From: a candidate division FCPU426 bacterium
Lineage (GTDB): Bacteria; Oederibacteriota; Muellerivitia; Muellerivitales; Muellerivitaceae
Assembly (NCBI GenBank): GCA_963847625.1
Contig: CAWKAR010000038.1
Coordinates: 41,545 to 105,544 of the forward strand
DNA length: 64,000 bases
Direction of reading: 5' to 3'
In this document: piece by piece, positions 26,327 to 38,331 of the stretch
Layout of the letters: each line of letters opens with the position of its first letter
Position numbering within the stretch: position 1 is the first letter of the stretch
Program-made: the position numbers and the translations under genes
The notes under the pieces: model-generated
The model's database searches: none
Told to the model about the DNA's origin: nothing
What the model saw: the letters and a program-made list of their open reading frames with translations, nothing else

Positions 26327-28219
26327 ATGTGCGGAGTAGCCGGTTTCGTCCAATTTAAAGCGGGGATGCCTTTACAAAAAAACGACCTGGAGAAAATGAC
26401 CGAAACCCTGGCTCATCGCGGGCCGGATGAAAGCGGGTTTTACCAAAAGGGGCCCGTGGGGCTGGGCATGACCCGGCTTTCGATCGTCGACGTGAAAGGG
26501 GGAAGCCAGCCCATATCCAACGAACGGGGAACCATCCATGTGGTTTTCAACGGAGAAATTTACAACCATTTGGAATTGAGGGTACCCCTGGAAAAAGCCG
26601 GGCACCGCTTCGCCACCCGGAGTGACACCGAAGTACTGGTTCATGCCTACGAAGAATACGGCGACGCTTTTATCGGCAAGCTCCGGGGCATGTTCGCCTT
26701 TGCTCTTTGGGACGAGACATTTCAAAAATTAATCCTGGCGCGGGATCACATGGGCGTAAAACCGCTTTATTACACGACCGCCGATGGCTCTTTGCTCTTC
26801 GGTTCGGAGATCAAAGCGCTTCTGGCTATTCCCAAGGTCAAACGCCAGGTGGATTCAAAGCAAATCCTGACCCTGATGACCCTCCAATACGTGCCTTCCC
26901 CGGACACCCTGATCAAGGGGGTGCGGAAACTTCCGGCCGCCCATTACCTTATTTGCCAGTCGGGCCGAATTCTAGTCCGGCCTTTCTGGGAACTGCCGCA
27001 CTTGGATAAGACCGGCGAGGGATCGGTGATCACCCGGGACCAGCAGAAGGAGTGGATCGAGCGGTTGCAAACAATGTTATTCGCCTCCGTCAAAGAACAG
27101 CTCATGGCGGATGTCCCATTGGGGGCCTTCCTTTCAGGGGGAGTCGATTCTTCCCTGGTCGTGGCCGCCATGACCCACCAGACCCACCAACCCGTGAAGA
27201 CTTACTCGGTGGGTTTTGAGAAAGAGGAGAATTTCAACGAACTCAAGTATTCCCAGAAAGTTTCCAGGTTTTTAAAAAGCCAACACCGGGAAATCATAGT
27301 GGATGCGAGCATGATGGGGGAACTCATCCCCAAATTGGTGAAATACCAGGACGATCCGGTCATAGATCCTGCGGTCCTGCCTACTTTCTTAGTATCCATG
27401 TTCGCGCGCCAGGAAGTGAAGGTGGTCCTGACCGGAGAGGGGGCCGACGAGCTTTTTGGGGGTTACCGCCGGTACTCATTCGACCGATTATCGGGAAGCG
27501 TTCAGTCCCTGCCGGGATGGCTGAAAAGTCTGGTGCCCTTTTTTACCGGAAGGATGAAGGATCCCTACCAACAAGCCTGGCAAGCCCTCCAAAAAGAGGA
27601 TTTGGTGAAGAGGCATGTGGCCTGGTCCCGGCTTTGCCTGGAATCCACGCTGGATGAGCTCGCGGGGGAAAAACTTAAGTATGAAATGGAGCATCCCAAG
27701 GTCGAGGAAACTCTGGAAAAAATATTCGGTACTGCCGAGCCCTATGGGTTCGACAACCTGAACTTGATGCTTTATATGGATCTGAAGACCTGGCTTCCGG
27801 ATGACCTCCTCAACAAGGTGGACCGGATGAGCATGGCGGCTTCCCTGGAAGCACGAGTGCCTTATTTGGACCACCGTTTGGCCGAGTTCGCTTTTTCCCT
27901 GCCCTCTGAGGTGAAACTCAAAGGGGGCGTGGGGAAATACTTGTTGAAAAAAGCGGCTCAAAAATACCTTCCCCATGACATTATCTACCGTCAAAAAAAA
28001 GGTTTTGCCGTACCCCTGGGACCGTGGTTCAAAAAGGAATTGAAGCCTTTGCTAGTGGATACTTTCCACTCGGATAAGTTCAGGAACAGGGGATATTTTA
28101 ACCTCGCCAAGACCGAGACTTTGCTTCAGGAGCATTTGGAAGGGAAAAAAGACCACCATTTACTTCTATACGGCCTGCTTTTAGTGGAGTTTTGGCATAA
28201 AAGGTTTATGGATCACTAA
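26327..28219 (+). CDS. asnB: Asparagine synthase-like glutamine amidotransferase
   Basis: MCGVAG, HRGPD, RLSIVD, FNGEIYN, FLSGGVDSS, LTGEGADELFGGY, DRMSMAASLEARVPYLD. Confidence 0.95.
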   Translation: MCGVAGFVQFKAGMPLQKNDLEKMTETLAHRGPDESGFYQKGPVGLGMTRLSIVDVKGGSQPISNERGTIHVVFNGEIYNHLELRVPLEKAGHRFATRSDTEVLVHAYEEYGDAFIGKLRGMFAFALWDETFQKLILARDHMGVKPLYYTTADGSLLFGSEIKALLAIPKVKRQVDSKQILTLMTLQYVPSPDTLIKGVRKLPAAHYLICQSGRILVRPFWELPHLDKTGEGSVITRDQQKEWIERLQTMLFASVKEQLMADVPLGAFLSGGVDSSLVVAAMTHQTHQPVKTYSVGFEKEENFNELKYSQKVSRFLKSQHREIIVDASMMGELIPKLVKYQDDPVIDPAVLPTFLVSMFARQEVKVVLTGEGADELFGGYRRYSFDRLSGSVQSLPGWLKSLVPFFTGRMKDPYQQAWQALQKEDLVKRHVAWSRLCLESTLDELAGEKLKYEMEHPKVEETLEKIFGTAEPYGFDNLNLMLYMDLKTWLPDDLLNKVDRMSMAASLEARVPYLDHRLAEFAFSLPSEVKLKGGVGKYLLKKAAQKYLPHDIIYRQKKGFAVPLGPWFKKELKPLLVDTFHSDKFRNRGYFNLAKTETLLQEHLEGKKDHHLLLYGLLLVEFWHKRFMDH

Positions 28220-28431
28220 AACTTAACCCCCTCAGGAAATACCTTTTCCCCAGCGACCATTTTTTTCAATTTGGAGTATTAAAAAAGGTAAATTTCTAAG
28301 TAAATTACTTTTTCGGTAAATTCTCATTAAAACTATCGACCAATTCATATCAACGGCTAGATTTCTCCCCTTTTTTGGAGATTATTTGAGGAAAAAGCTA
28401 TAAAGCTGAATTATCGGAAAGGTTCCATCGT

Positions 28432-28460
28432 TTGACGTAAGCCAGTCTTTCGGGTAAAAT
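28432..28460 (+). promoter_or_regulatory. sigma70-type promoter for efp operon (TTGACG-17-TAAAAT)
   Basis: Near-consensus hexamers with 17-nt spacer, 67 nt upstream of efp. Confidence 0.6.
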
Positions 28461-28527
28461 AACCGCTTTGCGCCGGTCTCAATGATATAACTAACACGAC
28501 AATTTAGTTTTTTTAGGAGTCGTTTTC

Positions 28528-29085
28528 ATGATTAGCGTGAATGATCTCAGGGCAGGAAATCTTTGTGAATTTGACGGCATACTCTTTCGAGTTGTTACCT
28601 ACCAACATGTAAAGCCAGGTAAAGGCGGTGGCTTTGTTCGTTTGAAACTTAAAAACGTAGAGCTGGGAACCGTAACAGATAAAACATTGGATAGTTGGGA
28701 AAAAGTACCTGAACCCCCGGTGGAAGAAAAAGAAATGCAATTTCTATATAAACAAGGTGACAAATTTGTGCTCATGGATACAGGCACCTATGAACAACTC
28801 GAATTGACTGATGAGGAGGTCGGGGAAGGCGCTAAATGGTTGAAAGAAGAAACCTCTATTGAGGTTCTTTTTTATAAGGGTCGTCCCATCAGCGTGAAAT
28901 TGCCCATTACCGTTAACCTAAAAATTGTTTCCTCTGAGCCGGGAATAAAAGGGGACCGGGTCTCCGGGGCAAATAAACCTGCTACTTTGGAAAGTGGAGC
29001 CATGATCCAGGTGCCACTTTTTGTCAATGAAGGAGATGTGATTAAAGTCGATACGCGAACCGGTGAATACCTGGAGCGGGTTTAA
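28528..29085 (+). CDS. efp: Elongation factor P
   Basis: QHVKPGKGGGFVR, PGIKGD, KPATLESG, VPLFVNEGD.IKVDTRTGEY. Confidence 0.98.
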   Translation: MISVNDLRAGNLCEFDGILFRVVTYQHVKPGKGGGFVRLKLKNVELGTVTDKTLDSWEKVPEPPVEEKEMQFLYKQGDKFVLMDTGTYEQLELTDEEVGEGAKWLKEETSIEVLFYKGRPISVKLPITVNLKIVSSEPGIKGDRVSGANKPATLESGAMIQVPLFVNEGDVIKVDTRTGEYLERV

Positions 29086-29132
29086 CACCGATTCTGTTGG
29101 TTGCCTCGAAGTCGAATGAAAAGGAGCAACAT

Positions 29133-29696
29133 ATGTCGACCATTTCCGAAAATGGGGAAAGCCCTAAACCCGAAAAAAAGAAAAAAAATACTGGTTCTTC
29201 TAAGAGAATCAAGGTTAATCCTAAGATTTCTATAGTCCAGGATGTCATCCTTCTTATGAATGAAGCTCAGGTCAACGAATTACATTTCGAACAAGGTGGT
29301 GTCAAAATCCATCTTCGCAAGGGAGCTGGGCCATCTTTTGAGACTTTTAAGATAAATGGTGTGGGAACTGCGAGTCAGGCCTCAGAGACCAATCCCACCC
29401 AGGTTTCCCAGTCTCCATCCCAAATGGGACCTACTCTGACCCCGAAAAATGAAAGCACCGTAACGATTAATTCCCCAATGGTTGGTACTTTCTACAGATC
29501 CTCAGCTCCGGAGGCCAAACCCTTTATTGAAGAAGGAGACAAGATTGAGGCGGGTCAGGTTTATTGCATCATTGAGGCCATGAAACTAATGAATGAAGTG
29601 AAGGCCGATCAGGCTGGAAAAGTTGTTAAGATCCTCGCCCAAAACGGGCAAGCCGTCGAGTTTAACCAGCCCCTTATCGTTATAGATCCCAGTTAA
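29133..29696 (+). CDS. accB: Biotin carboxyl carrier protein
   Basis: SPMVGTFY, IIEAMKLMNE; AAGGAG RBS before ATG 29133. Confidence 0.95.
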   Translation: MSTISENGESPKPEKKKKNTGSSKRIKVNPKISIVQDVILLMNEAQVNELHFEQGGVKIHLRKGAGPSFETFKINGVGTASQASETNPTQVSQSPSQMGPTLTPKNESTVTINSPMVGTFYRSSAPEAKPFIEEGDKIEAGQVYCIIEAMKLMNEVKADQAGKVVKILAQNGQAVEFNQPLIVIDPS

Positions 29697-29761
29697 AGAG
29701 AGTTGGCTCCTCGGCCAGCAGCAAGGTTCCTCGCATCATAAACATAACTTAAGGAAAACCC

Positions 29762-31129
29762 ATGTTTAACAAGATATTAATCGCAAACCGAGGTGAGATC
29801 GCACTTCGGATCATTCGAGCATGTAAAGAAATGGGTATTAAAACCGTTTCAGTCCATTCAGAACCTGACGCCGATTCCCTACATGTGCATTTAGCTGATG
29901 AAAGTGTATGTATTGGGCGGGGTCCTAGTAGAGAAAGTTATCTTAACATTCCCGCGCTTATCAGCGCTGCTGAAATTACAGATGCTGAAGCCATACATCC
30001 AGGTTATGGCTTTCTTGCTGAAAATGCCCACTTCGCGGAGGTGTGCACAAGCTGTCAAATCAAATTCATCGGTCCTAAACCCGAAGTTATGAGACTCATG
30101 GGCGATAAGGTGGCCGCCATTCGAACGGCCAAGAAAGCGGGTGTTCCTACTACACCTGGAAGCGATGGAGCCGTCAAAGACGAAAAACAAGCCCTGGAAG
30201 TTGCTCATCTGATCAAGTATCCGGTCATTATCAAAGCGGCGGCGGGAGGGGGGAAGGGAATGCGTATCGCCCACACGGATCTTTCTCTAGCCCAAGGTTT
30301 CCAAACAGCTCGCTCCGAAGCAGAAGCGGCTTTTGGAAGCCCAGAAGTTTATATTGAAAAATATATCGAAGAGCCCCGGCATATTGAGGTCCAGGTATTA
30401 GGGGATGAATTCGGTCACGTCATCCACCTTGGAGAGAGGGATTGTACGGTACAAAGGGCTCATCAAAAATTGATTGAGGAGGCGCCTTCCCCCGTTATAA
30501 ACGCACGTCAAAGGAAGAAAATCGGGAAATTAGCTTTAAAATTAGCTAAACAAGTGAATTATTCCTCTGCGGGGACTGTTGAATTTCTAATGGACAAGCA
30601 GGGACATTTTTATTTCATGGAAATGAATACTCGGGTCCAGGTGGAACATCCTGTTACCGAACTGATCATGGGGGTTGATCTTATTCAGGAGCAAATTCGG
30701 ATTGCAGCGGGAGAAAGACTATCGGTCGACAAAGATGTCCTACAACCCCGGGGACATGCTATCGAGTGCCGCATCAACGCAGAAAATCCAGACGATGGTT
30801 TTAAGCCATCTCCCGGCACGATCACAACCTTCCACATGCCGGGCGGACCCGGGGTGCGGGTGGACACTCATCTTTACCAAGGTTATAAAGTTCCGCCTTT
30901 TTACGATTCCATGTTAGGTAAACTTATCGTCCATGCTCCAAGTCGTTCCGAGGCAATCCAGAGGATGATTCGAGTCCTGGATGAACTAGTAATTGAAGGC
31001 ATCTATACGACTAGTAGTTTTTTAAAGAATATACTTGAAAGTGAATCATTTAGACGAGGTGAGTATTCCACACATTTCGTTGAGAAGTTTTTGAAAAACA
31101 TACGGGGAGAGGAAAGTTCCAAAAAATAG
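29762..31129 (+). CDS. accC: Biotin carboxylase
   Basis: [50 protein letters not shown]. Confidence 0.97.
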   Translation: MFNKILIANRGEIALRIIRACKEMGIKTVSVHSEPDADSLHVHLADESVCIGRGPSRESYLNIPALISAAEITDAEAIHPGYGFLAENAHFAEVCTSCQIKFIGPKPEVMRLMGDKVAAIRTAKKAGVPTTPGSDGAVKDEKQALEVAHLIKYPVIIKAAAGGGKGMRIAHTDLSLAQGFQTARSEAEAAFGSPEVYIEKYIEEPRHIEVQVLGDEFGHVIHLGERDCTVQRAHQKLIEEAPSPVINARQRKKIGKLALKLAKQVNYSSAGTVEFLMDKQGHFYFMEMNTRVQVEHPVTELIMGVDLIQEQIRIAAGERLSVDKDVLQPRGHAIECRINAENPDDGFKPSPGTITTFHMPGGPGVRVDTHLYQGYKVPPFYDSMLGKLIVHAPSRSEAIQRMIRVLDELVIEGIYTTSSFLKNILESESFRRGEYSTHFVEKFLKNIRGEESSKK

Positions 31130-31184
31130 TTTGTTACGATGAATGGAGAAATTTAGGTCAACGGATTTAAAATGAAATGGAGAC

Positions 31185-32264
31185 TTGGAATTGAAAATTA
31201 CGGTATATTTTGACCCGAAAGATGTTAAATCGACAGTTATCCAGAATGCCACTGTGGTTTTGGCGGATGTTTTAAGAACCTCGACAACCATTCCCCTTTA
31301 TCTTTACCATGGGGCAAAAGGCGTTATTTTATGCCCGGAACCAGGTTCCGCAAGGAAGCAATTCGAAAAGCTCAAGAGGGGTGAGGGCCTTCTGGCTGGA
31401 GAACGGGATTGGGAAAAAATTCCAGGGTTTCATTTGGGAGGTTCCCCACTGGAATCCAGCCGTGACAAAGTTAAGAATCGGATTATTTGCATGAGTTCCT
31501 CTACTCCTTTGCGTGTTTTCCATCAAGCTAAACATATTATTTTAGGTTCGTTTGTGAATTTAACCGATGTTTATGATTCCTGCTTACGTGCCAAGCGGGA
31601 CGTGGTGATTGTTTGCGCCGGTGGACCCGAGGATTTTGCCTTTGCCGGAATGTTAGTGGATTTTCTCCAAAGCACTTTAGGCGGTACTCCCATGGTTTTA
31701 GCTAAAAGCGCAAAAGATACGATCAGTTCATATAAGCCATGGCAAGGTCGTTTATGGGAACTTATGAAAGATTCCCCGGACGGTAAGGGATTGATTCTAA
31801 AAGGGTTTGCCAAAGATCTTGATTTTTGTTCAAAGTTAAACAAAATTTCAGTTGTCCCCATATTCCAGAACCATCTTTTCATCAAGGAAGATGCCCCGAA
31901 ACCCAAGAAACTTTTTGAGACTGATGGCAAACCCAAGGCTGCCACAACCCCTCCGAAAAAGGGGAAATCCATCAAGGTCATGGTGCCTCTTTTTCCCAAA
32001 AATCCTGAACATCCCGTCCCCGGGATAGAGAAGTCGGGCGCCAAGAAAGGGCAAGAAACAACGGAAGAGAAGAAAAAAGGTGAAGACAGGAAAAAAGATC
32101 CGGAGATTTCAAAAAAGGCCGAAACGAAAAATTTAGTTAACAGTTTCAAACCGAAGAAGATTCACGGAAAATCAGTTCCCATGTTCAGTAAGAAAACCAT
32201 CGCAACAAACATTGTAAAAACTCCAGTGAAGACTGTGGGGAAACCCATCGGAAAGAAAAAATAA
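31185..32264 (+). CDS. comB: 2-phosphosulfolactate phosphatase (ComB) family protein with Lys-rich C-terminal tail
   Basis: VVLADVLRTSTTI, LLAGER...IPGF.LG.SP, IVCAG..ED...AG, DLDFC. Confidence 0.75.
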   Translation: MELKITVYFDPKDVKSTVIQNATVVLADVLRTSTTIPLYLYHGAKGVILCPEPGSARKQFEKLKRGEGLLAGERDWEKIPGFHLGGSPLESSRDKVKNRIICMSSSTPLRVFHQAKHIILGSFVNLTDVYDSCLRAKRDVVIVCAGGPEDFAFAGMLVDFLQSTLGGTPMVLAKSAKDTISSYKPWQGRLWELMKDSPDGKGLILKGFAKDLDFCSKLNKISVVPIFQNHLFIKEDAPKPKKLFETDGKPKAATTPPKKGKSIKVMVPLFPKNPEHPVPGIEKSGAKKGQETTEEKKKGEDRKKDPEISKKAETKNLVNSFKPKKIHGKSVPMFSKKTIATNIVKTPVKTVGKPIGKKK

Positions 32265-32287
32265 TCTTTTGCCAGGTGGAGTGGCCC

Positions 32288-32710
32288 ATGAAATCAACTG
32301 GCCAGTTTTTTACCGTGCTGAGAGTTTTGGACGCCAATTGCAATCGGGCCCGAGAGGGTTTGCGCGTGGCAGAGGATGTGGCGCGTTTTATCCTGAACGA
32401 TTCCAGCCTCTTCGCCCGCTTGAAAAAGCTCAGGCATGATGTGACTACGGCCGAAAAAAGTCTTTTTCATTCCAAAAGACTCCGAATCCAAGCCCGGGAT
32501 GTGGAAAAGGATTTTGGCCGGGAAAATCGTATGGAAACCGAAGAAACCAGAACCGATTTAAATGACCTTTTGACCGCCAACTTGAAACGGTCCCAGGAAG
32601 CCCTCCGATCCCTGGAAGAATTCTCCAAAATTTTAGGCCATCCTTCTTCGCAAAAATTCAAAAAAATCCGTTACGAGTGTTACCAAATCGAAGAATCACT
32701 CATGAGTTAA
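32288..32710 (+). CDS. Stand-alone ThiD2 domain protein (N-terminal domain of cyanobacterial-type ThiE)
   Basis: RVLDANCNRAREGLRVAED, KKLRH, ARD..D.G, ANLKRSQEALRSLEEFSK, RY..Y..E. Confidence 0.85.
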   Translation: MKSTGQFFTVLRVLDANCNRAREGLRVAEDVARFILNDSSLFARLKKLRHDVTTAEKSLFHSKRLRIQARDVEKDFGRENRMETEETRTDLNDLLTANLKRSQEALRSLEEFSKILGHPSSQKFKKIRYECYQIEESLMS

Positions 32711-32756
32711 TCTGCTGTAATGACGTTGCATTCCGGATTGCCCCTGGATATGCTAA

Positions 32757-34658
<1,902 letters not shown>

Positions 34659-34722
34659 AACGATTAAAAAGAATTGTCTGGGGAAAATAAAGTTCGTTTT
34701 AATCCCCAAAGGAATGTCAAAT

Positions 34723-34758
34723 AAAAAAGGTTTCGCTTATATCAGCGAAGCCTTCTTT
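34723..34758. terminator. Bidirectional intrinsic terminator between thiC and ferredoxin
   Basis: AAAAAAGGTTTCGCT-tatatc-AGCGAAGCCTTCTTT between convergent genes. Confidence 0.7.
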
Positions 34759-34773
34759 AAAATTAATAAAATT

Positions 34774-35091
34774 CTAGTTGACCAGCTTGTTGACATCAGG
34801 ACGCTTTGGAGGATCGTTGGCGGGGCGAGTGGGGACGGCTGGATTGTTTTTGAACGTGGGAGCCAATTGCGCGTTGATTTTGGCGTACTCGGGATCCTTA
34901 TCTGCGCCTTCTGCAATGGCTCCAATTGGACAGGCCGAATAACAACTGGTACATTCGGTGCATTCTTCGGGATCGATCACCATAAAGGGTTGTCCTTTAT
35001 AATCGCCTGGATGAATACAATTCACGGGGCACACGTCCACGCATTGCGCATAAACTTCTCCCAGGCATTTTTCAGTAATAACATAGGGCAT
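34774..35091 (-). CDS. 7Fe/8Fe FdxA-type ferredoxin
   Basis: MPYVITEKC...CVDVCPVNCIH...IDPEECTECTSCYSACP; GGAGG RBS before ATG 35091. Confidence 0.92.
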   Translation of the reverse strand: MPYVITEKCLGEVYAQCVDVCPVNCIHPGDYKGQPFMVIDPEECTECTSCYSACPIGAIAEGADKDPEYAKINAQLAPTFKNNPAVPTRPANDPPKRPDVNKLVN

Positions 35092-35417
35092 TGTTCGCCT
35101 CCTTGGGTCTTTGCCCCCTGCCGTTGGAGAGGGTTTTAAAGACATTAAAAACACCCACTAATCATATTCCTGAAGATGATTTTTTATGTGGGACGGCAAA
35201 ACGTCGTTAGTTTAGAAGAGATGGCCTTTCCTTCGCAAGACCAATTTTCGCTTTTTTCTTAATAAATCAGCCTTTACGATGGGGGACCCAGAATGGTAGC
35301 TTGAGTGAGGAAAAGTTGATATTCCGTAGGGAATCCTTTAGAAAACATAATTCAGAATTCTTGAAAGCTTGCCAATTCGGTCTTAAATTTTCCCTAGTAA
35401 ATTAACTGGGATGAACT

Positions 35418-36590
35418 ATGAAGGAAAACATGGCTTCAAAAAAAGATTACTATGAATTATTAGGCGTTTCACGCAACGCTAAAGTGGATGACATCAAGAA
35501 GGCTTACAGAACTCTTGCTAAAAAATTCCATCCTGATGCTAATCCTAATAACAAAGAGGCTGAGGAAAAGTTTAAGGAAATCAACGAGGCTTATGAGGTG
35601 TTATCGGACCTCCAGAAAAAATCGGCTTACGACCAATTTGGCCATGCGGGAGTCGGGACAAGTGGTTTTACCGGTGGTTACAGCGGAGGTTTTAGACCCC
35701 AAGATTTCGGAAATGCGTCTGATTTTGAAGATATTTTTGGCGATGTTTTCAGTAATTTCTTTGGCGGGAGCGGGGGAACTCGTTCAGGCCGGTCCCGAAG
35801 CCAAGCCCAGGAAGGGGAAGATCTTCGCCATGATTTGGAACTAACTTTTGAGGAAGCGGCTTTTGGGACGACACGCGAAATTAAAATCCGAAAACTGACG
35901 ACCTGTGAGATTTGTCATGGTTCAGGGGCAAAGGCCGGTTCCGGGCGGGTGGTTTGCTCTGTTTGTAAAGGAACTGGCCAGATTCGCCAATCCCAAGGTT
36001 TTTTTACCATAGCTAGAACTTGTAACCGTTGCAATGGCCAAGGGGAGATGCCCGGCACCCCCTGCTCGACCTGTCAGGGGCATGGACGCCTGGAAAAAGA
36101 CAGAATAGTTTCAGTGAAAGTTCCCGCGGGAGTAGATGAGGGTTCCCGTCTAAGGCTTCGCGGCGAGGGGGAAGCGGGTCTTAACGGCGGACCAGCTGGT
36201 GATCTTTATATATTTCTTCATGTTGAAGCACATGATTTTTTTGAAAGAGATGGAAGCGACCTTCGTTGTGAGATCCCCATTACCTTTATCCAGGCTGCAT
36301 TAGGTGCTGAAATAGAAGTCCCGACTTTGGAAGAGCCGGTCAAGATGAAGATACCGGCTGGAACGCAATCTGGCAAAATTTTTAGGTTGAAGGAAAAAGG
36401 CATGAGAAATCCCCAAGAGTCAGGTTTGGGGGATTTATATGTGAAGGTTGTAGTGGAGGTCCCGACGGATCTGAATTCCAAACAGAGGAAACTTTTAGAG
36501 GAGTTCGAAACCCTGACCCGAGAAAACAATACACCCCTTATCACTGATTTCATGAATAAGATGAAAATTTTTTTCGATCGCAAAAAATGA
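35418..36590 (+). CDS. dnaJ: Chaperone DnaJ
   Basis: HPD J-domain, G/F region, four CxxCxGxG repeats. Confidence 0.98.
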   Translation: MKENMASKKDYYELLGVSRNAKVDDIKKAYRTLAKKFHPDANPNNKEAEEKFKEINEAYEVLSDLQKKSAYDQFGHAGVGTSGFTGGYSGGFRPQDFGNASDFEDIFGDVFSNFFGGSGGTRSGRSRSQAQEGEDLRHDLELTFEEAAFGTTREIKIRKLTTCEICHGSGAKAGSGRVVCSVCKGTGQIRQSQGFFTIARTCNRCNGQGEMPGTPCSTCQGHGRLEKDRIVSVKVPAGVDEGSRLRLRGEGEAGLNGGPAGDLYIFLHVEAHDFFERDGSDLRCEIPITFIQAALGAEIEVPTLEEPVKMKIPAGTQSGKIFRLKEKGMRNPQESGLGDLYVKVVVEVPTDLNSKQRKLLEEFETLTRENNTPLITDFMNKMKIFFDRKK

Positions 36591-37363
36591 GTTTTATTCC
36601 GCGCCTTTATTTGACATCGGCCCCTTCATTCACCGAACAATATCATTTAGATGCTTCTTCGTCCCGTTATTTGGTTCGGGTATTAAGAATGCGCGAAGGG
36701 CATCACTTTTGGGGTTTTGATGCCCAGGGGTCCTTATTTGACATGGGATTGATCAAAGCGGACCCGGAACATTCTATTGCTCAAGTCATAAGCAAAAAGG
36801 AAAATATTTCAGGCATAAACAATGTTCATATCGCATTAGGTCAAAGTCTTCCCAAATCCAATAAATTGGATTTGATCCTTCAACAGGGTACGGAAATAGG
36901 TATCCATCGATTTATTCCACTGATGACGGAAAGGAGCATTTCAAGGCCACAACTATCACAATATGGGCATAAAAAAAAACGGTGGGAAAAAATAATATTA
37001 GAGGCCACTCGGCAATGCGCAAGAACGGACGTACCGCATCTGGATGGAATTACCGGTTGGCAAGAGTGTTTGAGACAAATGAAAGATTTTGATCAGGTAT
37101 TGATGCCTTATGAAAAAGAGGCTCCAACTTTGAAAACGGTGTTAGAATCAAAGCCGTTCGCGCGTCGAATCCTTGTTTTAATTGGACCCGAAGGCGGGTG
37201 GGCGGCGGAAGAGATAAATTCGGGAGAACAATGTGGAGCCTCTCCTGTTCATTTGGCCACTCCAATTCTGCGAACCGAAACTGCGGGAATAGTTGTTGTT
37301 GCAATGATTCAATTTTATAAATCTTCCAATGACGGGGAAATCGGATCCAGTGAAAAAAAATAA
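36587..37363 (+). CDS. rsmE: 16S rRNA m3U1498 methyltransferase
   Basis: [32 protein letters not shown]. Confidence 0.95.
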   Translation: MSFIPRLYLTSAPSFTEQYHLDASSSRYLVRVLRMREGHHFWGFDAQGSLFDMGLIKADPEHSIAQVISKKENISGINNVHIALGQSLPKSNKLDLILQQGTEIGIHRFIPLMTERSISRPQLSQYGHKKKRWEKIILEATRQCARTDVPHLDGITGWQECLRQMKDFDQVLMPYEKEAPTLKTVLESKPFARRILVLIGPEGGWAAEEINSGEQCGASPVHLATPILRTETAGIVVVAMIQFYKSSNDGEIGSSEKK

Positions 37364-38228
37364 TGTGTTTATCAAAAGTGAAATAACAGGATTTAGCCAA
37401 TTGGTTTTCATCCTTGGCCATCCTTTGGAGCATTCTCTATCCCCTTTCATACATAATGCCGCATTCGCTAACCTGCATCTTCCTTGGGTTTACATTCCTT
37501 TGGAGATATCATCCAGTCAAATAAAGGATGCAATAGGGGTTTTACGATCTTTCAATTCGAAAGGGGCTAATGTAACAGTACCCTATAAAGAAGCGGTGTT
37601 ACCTTGGCTTGATTGGGTTGAACCGGAAGCAAGATGGCTGGGATCCGTCAATACCATTTATCGTGATGGGAAAAAACTATTTGGTGAATCTACCGATGGC
37701 GAGGGTTTTTTAAGATCACTTGGATCCTGGCGGAAAAAGTTGAGAGGTTCCGCCGGTCTTCTTTTGGGAGCGGGTGGTGCAGGGAAGGCAGTGTCAGGCG
37801 CATTATCTCGGTCGGGTGTGAAAAAGTTATATGTTTTTGATCAATTAGAGGAAAGAGCCACGGCTCTTGTTAAATTAATCCGAAAACGCAATAGAAGAAT
37901 TGAAATTGCTGAAGTGTCACGACAAAATGCTGAAAAACTTTTGGCCGGTTGTGATTGGGTTATACAAGCTACTTCAACGGGATTAAAAAAAGAGGACCCT
38001 TCGCCCTTATCATTAAATTTTTCGCGTTCCCAGACATGGGTTGTCGATTTAATTTATCATCATCCTACCTCTTTTCTACTAGAAGCAAAAACGAGGCATT
38101 TGCCTTATTTAAACGGATTAGGAATGCTTTTACATCAGGGCGCTTTATCCTTTCAACGTTGGACGGGTCGCAGAGCCCCTGTGAAAATTATGAAAAGAGC
38201 TTTATTGTCCAGATTAGGGTTGGGTTGA
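37329..38228 (+). CDS. aroE: Shikimate dehydrogenase (start uncertain)
   Basis: GHPLEHSLSP..HN, GANVTVPYKE, SVNT, TDGEGF, GAGGAG, GLGMLLHQG. Confidence 0.95.
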   Translation: MTGKSDPVKKNNVFIKSEITGFSQLVFILGHPLEHSLSPFIHNAAFANLHLPWVYIPLEISSSQIKDAIGVLRSFNSKGANVTVPYKEAVLPWLDWVEPEARWLGSVNTIYRDGKKLFGESTDGEGFLRSLGSWRKKLRGSAGLLLGAGGAGKAVSGALSRSGVKKLYVFDQLEERATALVKLIRKRNRRIEIAEVSRQNAEKLLAGCDWVIQATSTGLKKEDPSPLSLNFSRSQTWVVDLIYHHPTSFLLEAKTRHLPYLNGLGMLLHQGALSFQRWTGRRAPVKIMKRALLSRLGLG

Positions 38229-38247
38229 AGGCCATAATGGACAAACG

Positions 38248-38276
38248 TTGACTTCAATTTTTTCCGATTCTATACT
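38248..38276 (+). promoter_or_regulatory. sigma70-type promoter for pil operon (TTGACT-17-TATACT)
   Basis: Near-consensus hexamers, 17-nt spacer. Confidence 0.6.
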
Positions 38277-38331
38277 TCTTTATTGAAGTGCTTTAACCCA
38301 GTTGAAATTTCCTTCCTTTTCGAGGTTTTTA

